Shown here one piece after another: positions 1 to 8,784 of a stretch of 64,000 bases of DNA. The stretch spans positions 9,006-73,005 of the forward strand of contig CAYLRA010000003.1 in NCBI GenBank assembly GCA_964386045.1, read 5' to 3'. Numbering within the stretch: position 1 is the first letter of the stretch; every line of letters begins with the position of its first letter. Origin of the DNA: an uncultured Verrucomicrobiaceae bacterium. GTDB taxonomy: Bacteria > Pseudomonadota > Gammaproteobacteria > Pseudomonadales > CAMLJR01. The notes below the pieces were generated by a model. The model was not told where the DNA came from. It saw only the letters and a program-made list of their open reading frames with translations, and did no database searches. The position numbers and the translations under genes were made by a program.

Positions 1-49
1 GCCTGTCGCAGTCGCTGCGGCAGGTCATCTAATAACAAGGTGAACGCAG

Positions 50-1264
50 ATGGCTGAGCGTGAATCCTCCTCGTGGGCCGGCCCGTTGCATGGCCTGCGT
101 GTACTCGATTTCACTCGCGTGCTGGCGGGGCCTTCGGCGTCGCTGGCGCTGGCCGATCTCGGCGCCGAGGTGATCAAGATCGAACCGCCGGGCAGCGGCG
201 ATGAAACGCGCTCGTTCCCGCCGTTTCGCGAGGGCGAGAGCCACTATTACATCGCGGTCAATCGCGGCAAGAAAAGCATCGTCGTCGACCTGAAGAGCGA
301 GGCCGGCGTGGCGTTGGTCAAGCAGCTGGCGGAGAAGTGCGACATCGTCGTTGAAAACTATCGCCCCGGCGTCATGGATCGTCTCGGGCTCGGTTACGAG
401 ACGCTGTCGGCGATCAACCCGCGATTGATCTACTGCGCCATCTCCGGCTTCGGCCAGAACGGCCCGCTGAGGGATCGCCCGTCGTTCGACATCGTGTTGC
501 AGGCGATGTCGGGTGCACTCAGTGTCAACGGCGAACCCGGTGCGCTGCCGACCAAACTCGGCATTCCGCTCGGCGACCTGATCGGCGGCATCAACGGCCC
601 GATCGCCATTCTGGCGGCGCTGCATGAGCGCCATGCGACGGGGCGTGGTCGCTACATCGACATCAGCCTGCTCGATGGCATGCTCGGCATGTTGGGGTAT
701 ATCGCGCAGCTGGCGTTTTTCACCGGCGAAGATCCGCAGCCGCAGGGGTCGCAGCATCCGAACCTGGTGCCGTACGGTGCGTTTCCGGCCAGCGATGGCT
801 CGATCATCGTCGCCTGCCTGACCAACAGCTTCTGGGCAAAGGTCTGCAGCGCGATCGAGCGCCCGGCGCTGGCGGTCGATACACGTTTCGACATGATCGA
901 GAAACGCCGCGATCGCCGTGCCGAGGTCAATGCCATCGTCGCCGAATTCACCCAGCGCAAAAGCGTGGCGGAGCTGGTCGAGATCTTCACCGCGCACCAG
1001 GTGCCGAACGCGCCGATTCTCGGTGTCACCGAAGCGCTGTCTCAGCCCCAGGCGCAGGCGCGCGAGATGGTGGTGGAGGCCGAACACAAGACGCTGGGCA
1101 AGATTCCGCTGGTCAATCGTTCGATCAAATATGGCGACGCACCACAGCCGGTGCCGACCGCGCCGCCGGTGCTGGGGCAGCACACCGAAGAGATACTGGC
1201 CAGCGTGCTCGGCATGGCGCCAGCACAGATCGAGGCGCTGCGCGTGGCCGGCGTAATAGAGTGA
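50..1264 (+). CDS. Class III (CaiB/BaiF-type) acyl-CoA transferase
   Basis: 404-aa ORF. The N-terminus GLRVLDFTRVLAGPSASLALADLGAEVIKIEPPGSGDETR is the characteristic opening of family III CoA-transferases, and the length is typical of the family. Confidence 0.85.
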   Translation: MAERESSSWAGPLHGLRVLDFTRVLAGPSASLALADLGAEVIKIEPPGSGDETRSFPPFREGESHYYIAVNRGKKSIVVDLKSEAGVALVKQLAEKCDIVVENYRPGVMDRLGLGYETLSAINPRLIYCAISGFGQNGPLRDRPSFDIVLQAMSGALSVNGEPGALPTKLGIPLGDLIGGINGPIAILAALHERHATGRGRYIDISLLDGMLGMLGYIAQLAFFTGEDPQPQGSQHPNLVPYGAFPASDGSIIVACLTNSFWAKVCSAIERPALAVDTRFDMIEKRRDRRAEVNAIVAEFTQRKSVAELVEIFTAHQVPNAPILGVTEALSQPQAQAREMVVEAEHKTLGKIPLVNRSIKYGDAPQPVPTAPPVLGQHTEEILASVLGMAPAQIEALRVAGVIE

Positions 1265-1282
1265 GTGGCGGCGTGACGCTGT

Positions 1283-1975
1283 TCAGCGGGCGCTGAACGG
1301 CGCTGCGCCTTGATCGAGCCGGCGCGCCAGTTCGGCGAAGGCGCGCCCCGGCTGGCCGATGGTCTCGGTGATCATCGTCGCCACCTCGATCGGATCGTGT
1401 GCTTGCGAGTCGATCACCCGGTCGAACAGGTCGTGCGCAAAAATCTCCCGGTAGAGGTACTCGGCCAGTCGCTTGGTGTTGGCGTTGGCGATTGCCGCCT
1501 GCGTGCGGTCGAGTGCGCTGACGATTTTGTCGAGCCGGTTGTCGAGCCGCTCCGGCGTGACCGACAGCGGCGGCTTCAGCGCGACGAAGTGAACCGGCAG
1601 GTCGCGAAAGTGCCGGATGCAGCTCTGCAGCAGCGGCGGGTCGAGCGTGGTGATGTGGTCCATGACGATATTGGCGCCGCTGCGCACACCGGCGGCGACC
1701 ATCGCGTGGAAGGCGTCGATCATGCGCGCGCCGTAAGGCCCCAGCTCAAGGTGGCGAGGCCCGTCGGGGTTGGCGGGGTCGTCGAGCACCTTGCGCAACC
1801 CTTCGTCGCAACGCGCGCCACCGTCGACGAACTTGCGCGGAATGACACCGCCGAGGAACTGGTCGGCGCCGAAGTGCAGCCACAGTTCGTCGGCGAGATC
1901 GACGAAGCTCTTGCAGGTGGTGGTTTTGCCGCTGCCGGTGGTGCCGGTGATGATCAGCAGTTGTCCTGTGCTCAT
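1283..1975 (-). CDS. P-loop kinase, chloramphenicol-phosphotransferase-like (CPT family)
   Basis: 230-aa ORF with an N-terminal Walker A motif (ITGTTGSGKTT). The WLHFGADQF and GANIVMDH segments resemble Streptomyces CPT as I remember it. Confidence 0.6.
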   Translation of the reverse strand: MSTGQLLIITGTTGSGKTTTCKSFVDLADELWLHFGADQFLGGVIPRKFVDGGARCDEGLRKVLDDPANPDGPRHLELGPYGARMIDAFHAMVAAGVRSGANIVMDHITTLDPPLLQSCIRHFRDLPVHFVALKPPLSVTPERLDNRLDKIVSALDRTQAAIANANTKRLAEYLYREIFAHDLFDRVIDSQAHDPIEVATMITETIGQPGRAFAELARRLDQGAAPFSAR

Positions 1976-2007
1976 GACGTCCGCGTTCCTGTTGTTATTG
2001 TTCAGTG

Positions 2008-2041
2008 CTCGTCATTCCGCGACTGCGCTCGGAATGACGAG
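2008..2041. repeat. 12-bp-stem palindromic hairpin (CTCGTCATTCCG-N10-CGGAATGACGAG), related to the GTCATTCTGCG repeat family
   Basis: Perfect inverted repeat read directly from the sequence, in the gap between two minus-strand genes. It shares the GTCATTC(C/T)GCG core with the elements at 7100 and 22263. Confidence 0.6.
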
Positions 2042-2048
2042 GAGTGTC

Positions 2049-3023
2049 TCAGCGGGTTTTCCACACATCGGGCCCGGCGCGCTGCCAGCGCCGGAACTCC
2101 TGGATGCCGTAGTACTCCTGATCCTCGCCGACGACGCCGGTGAAACCGTCGTAGTCCCACTGACAGAGCGACCACCACTGGCCGCGATCGGGAAACAGCA
2201 TGAATTCGGCCGGTGTCTGCACGCGGCCGATGGCGTGCAACTCGCGGCCCAGGGCATCGCGCGCACGAATTTCGGTGGCGATGGGGCGCGGTCCGTCGCG
2301 TTCCAGCACGCGCCGGCTCCCTTCGACGATGGTGGCCATCTCGCCGTCGCGCAGCAGGTAGCCGCCGATCGCCGGCGTGGTGTGTCCGTGGATCGCCTTC
2401 GGCGCGAGGATATGCCAGCCGTTGCGTTCGTCAGCGGTGGACCAGGCGTAGCCGCCGGGCGGCGATTTTTCGAGGAAGCGCGGGCCGTGGCCGCCGTCGC
2501 GAATCGAGAAGCAGTCGACCTCGAAGCACTGGCCGTCGAGTTCGACCCTGCCCCGGATGCGACCTGGCTGTTCGAAGTGGGTCTTGAATGCCCCTTTCAA
2601 TTGCTCCGGGCTCTTCGCGTTCATGATGTGCGGTGGCGCGATGGCGGTGAACAGCAGGTCGAGCCTGAACCCTTCGCGGTCGTAGCCGAGTTTGTAGCGC
2701 TGCAGCGGCTCGATCATCTCGATCGACATCGACCACGGCGTGGTGAAGTCGTATTTGTCGTAGTCGATGCCGTAACGACCGGCTGGCGGCAGACGCATCG
2801 CCTGCCAGTCGAAGAAGAGAAAGTGCCAGACGTGGCGACCGCTGTTGTCCCACATCGCCGGGCCGCCGAGCATGCAGTTCATGTTGGGGCGGAAATGGTT
2901 GTAGAAGAAGCCGTTGATGCCGCGTTCCGGGATCGCCCAGGAGAACCAGGAGCTCTCGGTCCAGTACGGGTCGTCGGACATCTCCATGAAGAAGTGGTCC
3001 AGGCTTTCCGAAAGGCTGGTCAT
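2049..3023 (-). CDS. Conserved hypothetical protein (no function assigned)
   Basis: The ORF track gives 2049..3275. I trimmed it to the ATG at 3023 (MTSLSESLDHFFMEMSDDPYW...) because the upstream extension is low-complexity and would overlap the divergent SDR start region. Trp/Phe-rich globular sequence with no motif I recognise. Confidence 0.55.
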   Translation of the reverse strand: MTSLSESLDHFFMEMSDDPYWTESSWFSWAIPERGINGFFYNHFRPNMNCMLGGPAMWDNSGRHVWHFLFFDWQAMRLPPAGRYGIDYDKYDFTTPWSMSIEMIEPLQRYKLGYDREGFRLDLLFTAIAPPHIMNAKSPEQLKGAFKTHFEQPGRIRGRVELDGQCFEVDCFSIRDGGHGPRFLEKSPPGGYAWSTADERNGWHILAPKAIHGHTTPAIGGYLLRDGEMATIVEGSRRVLERDGPRPIATEIRARDALGRELHAIGRVQTPAEFMLFPDRGQWWSLCQWDYDGFTGVVGEDQEYYGIQEFRRWQRAGPDVWKTR

Positions 3024-3234
3024 GGTGTGAATCCCCGGTGTTGTTCTGTTATTCGAAGGGGTTGGTGGCTGGACCAGTATATGAGTGGCGGGTGGCGACA
3101 CAACGATCGGCCGGCGCGCTGCGTCGTCTGTCCATGTCGCTGCGTCGATTGCCATGGTGGTGTCTGCCACTTGGGTGACATTTGGAGCAAATGGCCGATA
3201 ATGGCCGACCCTTTTACAAGCGAGGAGAGGTTCG

Positions 3235-4146
3235 ATGTCAGAGCTCAGGTTCGACGATCGCGTGGCGGTGATCACCGGTGGCGGCAGGGGACTCGGGCGC
3301 GCCTATGCCGAACTGCTGGCGGCGCGCGGTGCGAAGGTCGTCGTCAACGATCTCGGCGTCAGCCTCAAGGGTGACGGCATCGGCGAGGATCCCGCCGGTG
3401 AGACGGTGAACGCGATCAAGGCAGCCGGTGGCGAGGCGGTCGCCAATGCCGATTCGGTGGCGACGCCGGAAGGTGGCAGGGCGATCATTCAGTCGGCACT
3501 CGATCACTACGGTCGCATCGACATCCTGATCCACAACGCCGGCGTCGTGCGCCGCTCGCCGCTGGCCGAGATGTCGTATGAGGATTTCGAATTCGTACTC
3601 GACGTCCATCTGCGCGGCGCCTTCCACGTCGTGCGTCCGGCCTTTCCGCTGATGTGCAAGGCCGGCTATGGCCGCGTCGTGCTGACCGGTTCGATCAACG
3701 GTCTCTACGGCAACTACCAGAACGCCAACTACAGCACCGCCAAGGCCGGCACGCAGGGGTTGTCGAGCGTGGTCGCGCTGGAGGGTGCGGCGCACAACGT
3801 GAAAAGCAACGTCATCCTGCCGGCCGCTGTGACACGCATGTCCGAAGGGGTCGACACCTCCGCGTTCCCGCCGATGCCGCCGGAGATGGTGGCCGCCACC
3901 GTCGGCTGGCTCTGCCACGAATCGTGTTCGGTGACCGGCGAGATGCTGGTCTCCGCCGCCGGGCGCGTTGCCCGCGCCTATGTCGCCGAGACGCCGGGCG
4001 TCTACCTTCCACAGTGGAGCATCGAGGAGATGGCGGCGCAGATCGAGGCGATTCGCGATACAGCATCACCGCTGCTGTTCGATGCGGTGCCATCCGGTCA
4101 GCTCGACCATCTGAAGTACAGTTTCGCGATGGCATCCAAACGCTGA
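3235..4146 (+). CDS. Short-chain dehydrogenase/reductase (hydroxyacyl-CoA dehydrogenase-like SDR)
   Basis: 303 aa. Carries the glycine-rich TGGGRGLG cofactor motif, IHNAGV, and the catalytic YSTAK (Y-x3-K). Confidence 0.85.
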   Translation: MSELRFDDRVAVITGGGRGLGRAYAELLAARGAKVVVNDLGVSLKGDGIGEDPAGETVNAIKAAGGEAVANADSVATPEGGRAIIQSALDHYGRIDILIHNAGVVRRSPLAEMSYEDFEFVLDVHLRGAFHVVRPAFPLMCKAGYGRVVLTGSINGLYGNYQNANYSTAKAGTQGLSSVVALEGAAHNVKSNVILPAAVTRMSEGVDTSAFPPMPPEMVAATVGWLCHESCSVTGEMLVSAAGRVARAYVAETPGVYLPQWSIEEMAAQIEAIRDTASPLLFDAVPSGQLDHLKYSFAMASKR

Positions 4147-4200
4147 CACTGAAACTGACACGCTAGCCATCTCAAGAATAATTTCGCAGGAGGTTGTCGC

Positions 4201-5793
4201 ATGACGCAGCAGGCAGGTCGTTATATGTCGGCGGGCCCCGCCAGGGTCGCCGAGGATTGGGCGCTGGAGCGGCTGACGCCGCCGAGCCGCCTCTATGGCG
4301 CCAACGGTATGCGCGTTGGCGGCGACGGTCGCATCTATATCGCGCAGGTGGCGGGCAGCCAGGTCAGTGCCATCGATGTCGGCAGCGGTGCCATCGAAAC
4401 CATCAGCCCGATGGGTGGCGACATCGTTGCCCCCGACGATCTGGTGTTCGATCCGCAGGGCAATCTCTACGTCACCGAAATTTCCGAGGGGCGCGTCGGT
4501 GCCCTCGATGCGAAGGGCAACTACCGCGTCGTCTACGGCGACCTGCCCTGCGCGAATCCGATCACCTTCTACAACGGACGATTGATCGCCGGTGAGTGCC
4601 GGCCCGGTGGTCGCATCATGGAACTCGACCTGAACGGCGGGCCGCCGCGCATCATCGCCGATAACCTGATGATGCCGAACGCGATGGAAGTGGGGCCGGA
4701 CGGCAAACTCTATTTCCCGCTGATGGGCACCAACGAGATCTGTCGCGTCAGCCTCGACGGCGGTCCGGTGGAGAAGGTGGCCGGCGATCTCGGCGTGCCC
4801 GATGCGGTCAAGTTCGACAGCAAGGGTTTCATCGTCTCGACGCAGGTGGCGAGCGGCCAGGTGCTGCGCATCGATCCGCGCAGTGGCGACAAGACGGTGC
4901 TGGCCAACATCGCGCCCGGTCTCGACAACCTCGTCTTCGTCGGTGAGCGGCTGTTCGTGTCGAACATCGCCGGTCAGGTCGACGAAGTGCTGGCCGATGG
5001 CACGCTGCGTTCGGTGGTACCGGATGGCTTTACCTTCCCGCTCGGTCTCGCGGTCGATGCCGATGGTTCGCTGCTGATCGCCGACGGCGGCTTCACCTAT
5101 GCACTGCGCAATGGCAAACGCGAGTCGCTGGGCATGTTCTTCACGCCGGGTTATCCCGGTTATGTGCGCGGCGTGGCCACAGCGGCGCCCGGCGAATTCA
5201 TCGTCACCACCGCAGCGGGGCAGGTGTCGCGCTGGTGGCCGGCGCAGCAGCGGCACGAAGTGCTGGCCGACGGTTTCGAGCGCCTGTTCGGCATCGCGAT
5301 CGCGCGTGACGGCGCCGTGGCGTTTACCGATGCCGCAACCGGGCGTCTGCTGTCGCTGCAGTCGGGCAATGTCGTCGAGCTGGCCGCCGGCCTGCGCGAG
5401 CCGAGAGGGGTGGCGATTGCCGCCGATGGCAGCTGTCTGGTCGCCGAAGAGGCGGGTGGGCGCGTGGCGAAGGTGAATGGCTCCGCAGTCGAAACCGTGC
5501 TCGATGGCCTGCGCCAGCCGCAGGGGATTCTGGGGCGTGGCGACCTGCTCTACATCGTCGACGTTGGTACCCGCGAGCTGGTCGAGTACGACATGGTGCG
5601 CAAGCAGCGCCGCACACTGGCAGCCGGCCTGCCGATCGGCGCACCGCCCGGCGTCGTGCCCAAGCCGGTACGGCCATTCCCGCCGCTCTCTGGCGCGATT
5701 GCTCCCTTCGCCGGCATCGCCGCCGGTGCCAACGGCACGCTCTACCTGTCGGCCGATGCCGATGGCAGCGTGCTGGCGCTGCGTCCGGTCTGA
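4201..5793 (+). CDS. Beta-propeller repeat protein (SMP-30/gluconolactonase/NHL-like)
   Basis: 530 aa. AGGAGG lies 7 nt upstream of the ATG. Repeated short blade-like segments (GxxxDxxGxLYV/IAD, e.g. PDDLVFDPQGNLYVTE, PLGLAVDADGSLLIADGG, PRGVAIAADGSCLVAE). Fold assigned by pattern only. Confidence 0.5.
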   Translation: MTQQAGRYMSAGPARVAEDWALERLTPPSRLYGANGMRVGGDGRIYIAQVAGSQVSAIDVGSGAIETISPMGGDIVAPDDLVFDPQGNLYVTEISEGRVGALDAKGNYRVVYGDLPCANPITFYNGRLIAGECRPGGRIMELDLNGGPPRIIADNLMMPNAMEVGPDGKLYFPLMGTNEICRVSLDGGPVEKVAGDLGVPDAVKFDSKGFIVSTQVASGQVLRIDPRSGDKTVLANIAPGLDNLVFVGERLFVSNIAGQVDEVLADGTLRSVVPDGFTFPLGLAVDADGSLLIADGGFTYALRNGKRESLGMFFTPGYPGYVRGVATAAPGEFIVTTAAGQVSRWWPAQQRHEVLADGFERLFGIAIARDGAVAFTDAATGRLLSLQSGNVVELAAGLREPRGVAIAADGSCLVAEEAGGRVAKVNGSAVETVLDGLRQPQGILGRGDLLYIVDVGTRELVEYDMVRKQRRTLAAGLPIGAPPGVVPKPVRPFPPLSGAIAPFAGIAAGANGTLYLSADADGSVLALRPV

Positions 5794-5811
5794 GGTGGGG
5801 GAGTTAGCGGA

Positions 5812-6234
5812 GTGAGTGAAAGCAAGAACGTACCGGCAGCAAATGCCGACTGGACCCGGCGCGAAATGAAGGGAATCCCGGCCTCGCTCGGCGCATTGTG
5901 GACGCGCCGTGAGGCAGATGGTTTTCGTTATGCGATACAGCTGGATGAAACCCACGCCAACGCGCAGGGTTTCGTCCACGGCGGCGTGCTGATGACCTTC
6001 GTCGACCACGCGCTGTCGCTGATGATCTGGGAGGCGTCGGGCCGTGCGATGTGCACGACGGTGCATCTCGACAGCCACTTCCTGAAAGGCGTGCGGCCGC
6101 CAGCCTTCGTCGAACTCGATGGCGAAATTCGTCGGCAGGGGAAAAAGCTCGTCTTTGCGCGCGGCATTTTGCGGGTCGAGGGCGAGGAGGTGATGGAGGC
6201 GACGGGTGTTTGGAGTGTTACGCAGCCGCGGTGA
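5812..6234 (+). CDS. PaaI/hotdog-fold acyl-CoA thioesterase
   Basis: 140 aa. The NAQGFVHGGVLMTFVDHALS motif is typical of PaaI-type 4HBT thioesterases. Confidence 0.75.
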   Translation: MSESKNVPAANADWTRREMKGIPASLGALWTRREADGFRYAIQLDETHANAQGFVHGGVLMTFVDHALSLMIWEASGRAMCTTVHLDSHFLKGVRPPAFVELDGEIRRQGKKLVFARGILRVEGEEVMEATGVWSVTQPR

Positions 6235-6251
6235 TTGATCTTGTTTCAACG

Positions 6252-6281
6252 AAAAAGCCGGCGATCAACGCCGGCTTTTTT
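6252..6281. terminator. Bidirectional rho-independent terminator
   Basis: AAAAAGCCGGCG-ATCAA-CGCCGGCTTTTTT: an 8-bp GC stem flanked by an A-run and a T-run, lying between the convergent thioesterase and parE. Confidence 0.75.
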
Positions 6282-6375
6282 GTAACAGGACGCTCGTGTC
6301 AGGTCTTGCGTTTTGCGTTGCCTGACCAGTTGCAGTCAAGGCTCAAGTCTTTCTCCTTGCAAAGAATAGCCGGCA

Positions 6376-6672
6376 CTAATCCAGAAGCCTTTCGGGTGCA
6401 TCCATGTCCTCGTGCAGCACACGAACAATCAGCACCTCTGGTTCGAGCACTTGATAAAAAACAGCGTGATGCTCGACCTGTAATTTGCGATACCCAGGAA
6501 GAACGTGGGCGTAGTTCGTGCCGAGTGACGGATGATTGATCAGCTGTTTCATTCCTGTCTCCAGCTGATCCAGGTATTTATCCGCCTGATCAACACCCCA
6601 TGCTTCGCAGGTATAGACCCAGATTCCGACGAGATCCGACTCCGCCTTCGGCGTGATTTTCAGTTTGAGCAC
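6376..6672 (-). CDS. parE: ParE-family type II toxin
   Basis: 98 aa, GTG start overlapping the parD stop by 1 nt. MLKLKITPKAESDLVGIW...LPGYRKLQVEHHAVFYQV...IVRVLHEDMD matches the ParE/RelE fold pattern. Confidence 0.85.
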   Translation of the reverse strand: MLKLKITPKAESDLVGIWVYTCEAWGVDQADKYLDQLETGMKQLINHPSLGTNYAHVLPGYRKLQVEHHAVFYQVLEPEVLIVRVLHEDMDAPERLLD

Positions 6673-6926
6673 TAATTGGCCGCCTTCATTCGCTTACGGC
6701 CAGCCGCCTTGATGGCGGATATATCCAGCGGCTTGGGTTTTCCGCTTGATGCACCCTCAGCGAGGGCCTGTCTCAGCAGGGTGAGCCGTTCCTTGGCCTG
6801 CTGATCTCGTCGGATCAGATCGCGAATATATTCACTGTCATTGCCAAAATGACCGCTTTCAATCTGGTCTTTCACCCATTCATCTTGTTGCGCAGTCAGC
6901 GTGATGGTTTTCCGGTGCATGCTCAT
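6672..6926 (-). CDS. parD: ParD-family antitoxin (ribbon-helix-helix)
   Basis: Start moved to the ATG at 6926 (MSMHRKTITLT...), which has AGGAG 8 nt upstream. SEYIRDLIRRDQ is the typical ParD/CopG-like segment. Coupled to parE. Confidence 0.8.
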   Translation of the reverse strand: MSMHRKTITLTAQQDEWVKDQIESGHFGNDSEYIRDLIRRDQQAKERLTLLRQALAEGASSGKPKPLDISAIKAAGRKRMKAAN

Positions 6927-6951
6927 GGTGGGTGCTCCTGACAACACAGGG

Positions 6952-6989
6952 GTATGACAATATCATACTTCCCTCTTGTGTCGAATCAA
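6952..6989 (-). promoter_or_regulatory. Putative parDE promoter with overlapping operator palindrome
   Basis: On the minus strand, TTGATT (6989-6984) is followed 16 nt later by TATGAT (6967-6962). The perfect inverted repeat GTATGA-N5-TCATAC (6952-6968) overlaps the -10, as expected for ParD autoregulation. Confidence 0.4.
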
Positions 6990-7099
6990 GGGGCGCCATT
7001 GTCGGATTTTGCGGTCTGTTTTGGCTGGCCAGTTAAAAAGGGGTTGGTGTGAGGCAGGGCGAGACGAGGCAGGGCTTTGAGTGGACCGGGGGCGATGCG

Positions 7100-7183
7100 G
7101 TCATTCTGCGCGTAGCGAAGCGTAGTCGCAGAATCCATAGCACTTCATGTGGCGATGGATTCTGCGACTTCGCGCAGAATGAC
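7100..7183 (+). repeat. Nested-palindrome REP/MITE-like element, copy A
   Basis: Outer 13-bp arms GTCATTCTGCGCG / CGCGCAGAATGAC and inner 14-bp arms AGTCGCAGAATCCA / TGGATTCTGCGACT. Same architecture and orientation as 22263-22349. Ends 8 nt from the stop of the Rieske gene. Confidence 0.8.
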
Positions 7184-7191
7184 GAAGGGCG

Positions 7192-8607
7192 TCAGCTTTT
7201 CAGATAACGATCCTCTTCCTTGTGCATATTCAGAATCAGCTTCTCCTGATTATTGGCGAGCCACGTCTGCTTCATGCCGTGTGAGCACAAACCCTCCTGA
7301 ATACGCGGCAGGTTGCCGAGATCCTGACGTGGAATCAGGCCGACCTGTTCCGGGTCGGTGACATCGACCAGCGTGGCTCGCGGTGGCGTGACGGCAGCCG
7401 GGTAGGTTTTGATGGCGTGAATCTCGAAGGTGCATTGGTTGGGATCGGTCGGATGTGGCAGCGCGCGGTAGATGGCTGCGTTGCCGGCCTGGAACAGGAT
7501 CACGATGTTCGGAAACAGCACGGTGACGCCGCCCCAGCGCGCCAGCATCTCCGGTGACAGTTTCGACATCGGCCGTTTCACGGCGGCGGCATGTTCGTAT
7601 TGCAACCGCACATATTCGGCGCCGAGATTGGCGTTGGCCGGAAGCTGCTTGTTACGCAGCGTCAACAGCAGCTCGATGTCTTCCTTCAAAATCATCGCGC
7701 CGAGCCCTTCGGCGGTCAGGTTCATCCGCGCTGCCATCTCTTCCAGCCGATCTTCGATCGACTTCTGCTCGGTTTCCTGCACGTGGCCGGCGATCGGTGT
7801 CTTGTCGCCGCCGTAGAACTGGCCGTGGCCGTGGGTGAAGGCGTCGTAGGTCAGGTCCTTGTACATCATCGGGCCGTCGTCGCGGTCGCCGTAGATCACT
7901 TCGCGGCCGACCTTTTCCAGCTGCGGATGCGTGGCCGAGACGTGGTAGGCCTCGTAGAACGCCTCCTGCGCCACCTTCCAGTTGCAGGGGATGGTGGCGC
8001 GCTTCCACCAGATGTGGCGCATCTCGCCAATCGCCGTGTCGTCGAGGAACTGTTTCAGCGGCGCGATGAAATCGTCGAACGACTCCGGATCGGCAGCGAG
8101 GCTGACGAAGACGAAACCGGCGTAGACGCGGGTGTGGACCTTGCGCATCGCGACGTCGCCATCCTGCAGCTCGCCGTTGCGGAACTCCTGCCGTTCCAGT
8201 ACCAGCTTGACGTTGCCCTCCAGATCCCAGCGCCAGCCGTGGAACGGGCAGATGATCTTGCCGCCCTCGAAATGGCCGCAGCCATCGCCAAGCGTGGTGC
8301 CGCGGTGTGGGCAGAAGTTGTAGTAGGCCTGGATCGTCGAGGCGTCGGTGCGCACCACGAGAATCGACTGGTCGCCGATTTTGTAGGTGGTGTAGTCGCC
8401 CACCGCCGGCACCTCGTCGACGCGGGCGGCCACCTGCCAGACGCGGCTCCAGAGCCGGTCGAACTCCAGCTGCGCGAACGCCGGATCGGTGTAACGGCCG
8501 ACGCCGACGCCCTGCGCCAGCGTCTGCCAGCGTTTCGGCCACTCCACGGCGGGGGCTGTCGAGGGGTCGGAGTCCTTGGCAATGACGTTGCGGGAAATAG
8601 CGCTCAT
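7192..8607 (-). CDS. Rieske [2Fe-2S] non-heme iron oxygenase, alpha subunit (paralog 1)
   Basis: 471 aa. Rieske motif CPHRGTTLGDGCGHFEGGKIICPFHGW. Mononuclear-iron motif EAFYEAYHVSATHP. Confidence 0.85.
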   Translation of the reverse strand: MSAISRNVIAKDSDPSTAPAVEWPKRWQTLAQGVGVGRYTDPAFAQLEFDRLWSRVWQVAARVDEVPAVGDYTTYKIGDQSILVVRTDASTIQAYYNFCPHRGTTLGDGCGHFEGGKIICPFHGWRWDLEGNVKLVLERQEFRNGELQDGDVAMRKVHTRVYAGFVFVSLAADPESFDDFIAPLKQFLDDTAIGEMRHIWWKRATIPCNWKVAQEAFYEAYHVSATHPQLEKVGREVIYGDRDDGPMMYKDLTYDAFTHGHGQFYGGDKTPIAGHVQETEQKSIEDRLEEMAARMNLTAEGLGAMILKEDIELLLTLRNKQLPANANLGAEYVRLQYEHAAAVKRPMSKLSPEMLARWGGVTVLFPNIVILFQAGNAAIYRALPHPTDPNQCTFEIHAIKTYPAAVTPPRATLVDVTDPEQVGLIPRQDLGNLPRIQEGLCSHGMKQTWLANNQEKLILNMHKEEDRYLKS

Positions 8608-8784
8608 GAGGTGCTCCTCATCGACGGAAAGAGGGCGGCCACGGTGTGGGGCCGTCTGGTTATCGGTTGTGGCGCCATGCTAGGGGGTGGGTTGTTGCGC
8701 CGTCGTTGATTTCGGTCAAGGCCGCGGTTCATCGCCGCGGCCATCATTGGCCCATATCAACAAGCACGATGAGGAACGAAGACC

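Noticed and set aside
2049-3275. N-terminal extensions offered by the ORF track (also 9833, 12873, 13604, 24411, 26449, 30443, 33153 and 44105 starts)
   Set aside because: Internal starts have better RBS spacing, match paralog N-termini, restore signal peptides at the N-terminus, or avoid overlapping divergent genes. The extensions are low-complexity.
4066-6249. 727-aa minus-strand ORF
   Set aside because: It is a shadow of the beta-propeller and thioesterase genes, is Arg/Ala-rich and has no motif.
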